Source: Octopus sinensis (Eukaryota). From it: a stretch of DNA of 6,506 bases. Position numbers and translations under genes: made by a program. Shown here in pieces: positions 6,081-6,506 of this stretch. The notes below the pieces were generated by a model. The model did no database searches and was not told the DNA's origin. It worked only from the letters and a program-made list of their open reading frames with translations. How positions within the stretch are numbered: the first letter of the stretch is position 1; every line of letters starts with the position of its first letter. Location: contig NW_021829311.1 of NCBI RefSeq assembly GCF_006345805.1, positions 1 to 6,506 of the forward strand, given 5' to 3'.

Positions 6081-6506
6081 GGCCGCGAGGCCCTGCCTGA
6101 TATCGAACTCGTGACGTTTACTTTTACCAACAAAACATCACTGAAACCAGCAACGCTACGAACGAGCGAACAAAAAAAAAAAAAAAGTTTTACGCTTCGG
6201 GCCGCGAGGCCCTGCCTGATATCGAACTCGTGACGTTTACTTACAAACATAACATCACTGAACAAAGCAACGCTACCGAACGAGGCGAACAAAAAAAAAA
6301 AAAAAATTTTACGCTTCGGGCCGCGAGGCCCTGCCTGATATCGAAATCGTGACGTTTACTTTACCAACAAAACATCACTGAAACCAAAGCAACGCTACCG
6401 AACGAGCGAAAAAAAAAAAAAAAGAATTTTAGGCTTCGGGCCGCGAGGCCCTGACTGATATCGAACTCGTGACGTTTACTTTATCAACATAACATCACTG
6501 AACACA

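Larger units (their letters stand above)
1783..6506. repeat. ~119-bp satellite-like tandem array, 40 monomers (last one truncated by the window end)
   Basis: Consensus body TTTTACGCTTCGGGCCGCGAGGCCCTGCCTGATATCGAACTCGTGACGTTTACTTTACCAACATAACATCACTGAACACAGCAACGCTACCGAACGAGCGAAC (103 bp), followed by an A-rich linker of roughly 8-21 nt. The (G/A)CCGCGA anchor (one copy degenerate) recurs at 1803, 1924, 2041, 2155, 2274 ... 6201, 6320, 6440: 39 intervals over 4637 bp, mean 118.9 bp. Confidence 0.98.

Noticed and set aside
6071-6292. 73-aa minus-strand ORF in the satellite
   Set aside because: It is a translation of two monomers (poly-Phe from the T-run) and is open only because of local indels that are probably sequencing errors.
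1803-6506. CRISPR array (constant repeat plus variable spacer)
   Set aside because: The repeat is 103 bp, far longer than CRISPR repeats. The linkers are short homologous A-tracts rather than unique spacers, and there are no cas genes.
1803-6506. Tandem 5S rRNA genes (unit of about 120 bp)
   Set aside because: Only the length and a short GCAGGG..GGCC likeness on the minus strand fit. Conserved 5S motifs (e.g. GATCTCGGAAGCTAAG, GTTAGTACTTGGATGGGAGACC) are absent, and there is no room for a spacer.
1803-6506. tRNA gene array
   Set aside because: GTTCGATA is present on the minus strand, but the flanks cannot form a T-arm stem, and no acceptor or anticodon stems are evident.
1803-6506. Spliced-leader RNA gene array (minus strand has TTG/GTAAAG, a hairpin and AATTTTT..G)
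   Set aside because: There is no match to any SL exon I know (nematode, trypanosomatid, flatworm, dinoflagellate, tunicate). The T-run is variable and too long for an Sm site, and there is no intergenic or promoter space.
1803-6506. Telomeric array ending at the right-hand chromosome end
   Set aside because: No canonical telomere motif is present. The plus strand running toward the right end is A/C-rich with oligo(A) pointing outward, opposite to the usual G/T-rich or HeT-A/TART polarity. It cannot be fully excluded without flanks.

Overview
The window looks entirely non-coding and repetitive, most likely eukaryotic; no gene, RNA gene or known mobile element is recognisable. There are three domains. 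(1) 1-~1440: a GC-rich ~230-bp tandem repeat family (A, about 6 copies, variably diverged), interrupted twice by a ~110-bp module (B). Each complete A copy has a TATA-like motif on the minus strand. (2) ~1440-1780: a short, mostly single-copy junction with a third, partial B module. (3) ~1783-6506: a satellite-like array of 40 head-to-tail ~119-bp monomers, each a conserved 103-bp CpG-rich body plus a variable oligo(A) linker, running off the window end. Diagnostic variants show higher-order duplications in this array (a 6-mer of ~720 bp, and an 8-mer of ~950 bp with a nested 3-mer of ~358 bp). All listed ORFs are best explained as by-products of the repeats. The layout resembles an rDNA intergenic spacer read on the minus strand, or a satellite/subtelomeric block, but this is inference: no rRNA sequence is present and I cannot name the organism or repeat family. 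Scattered single-base indels increase toward the 3' end and look like long-read or consensus error, so A-tract lengths and singleton variants should be treated cautiously. All alignments and counts were made by eye.
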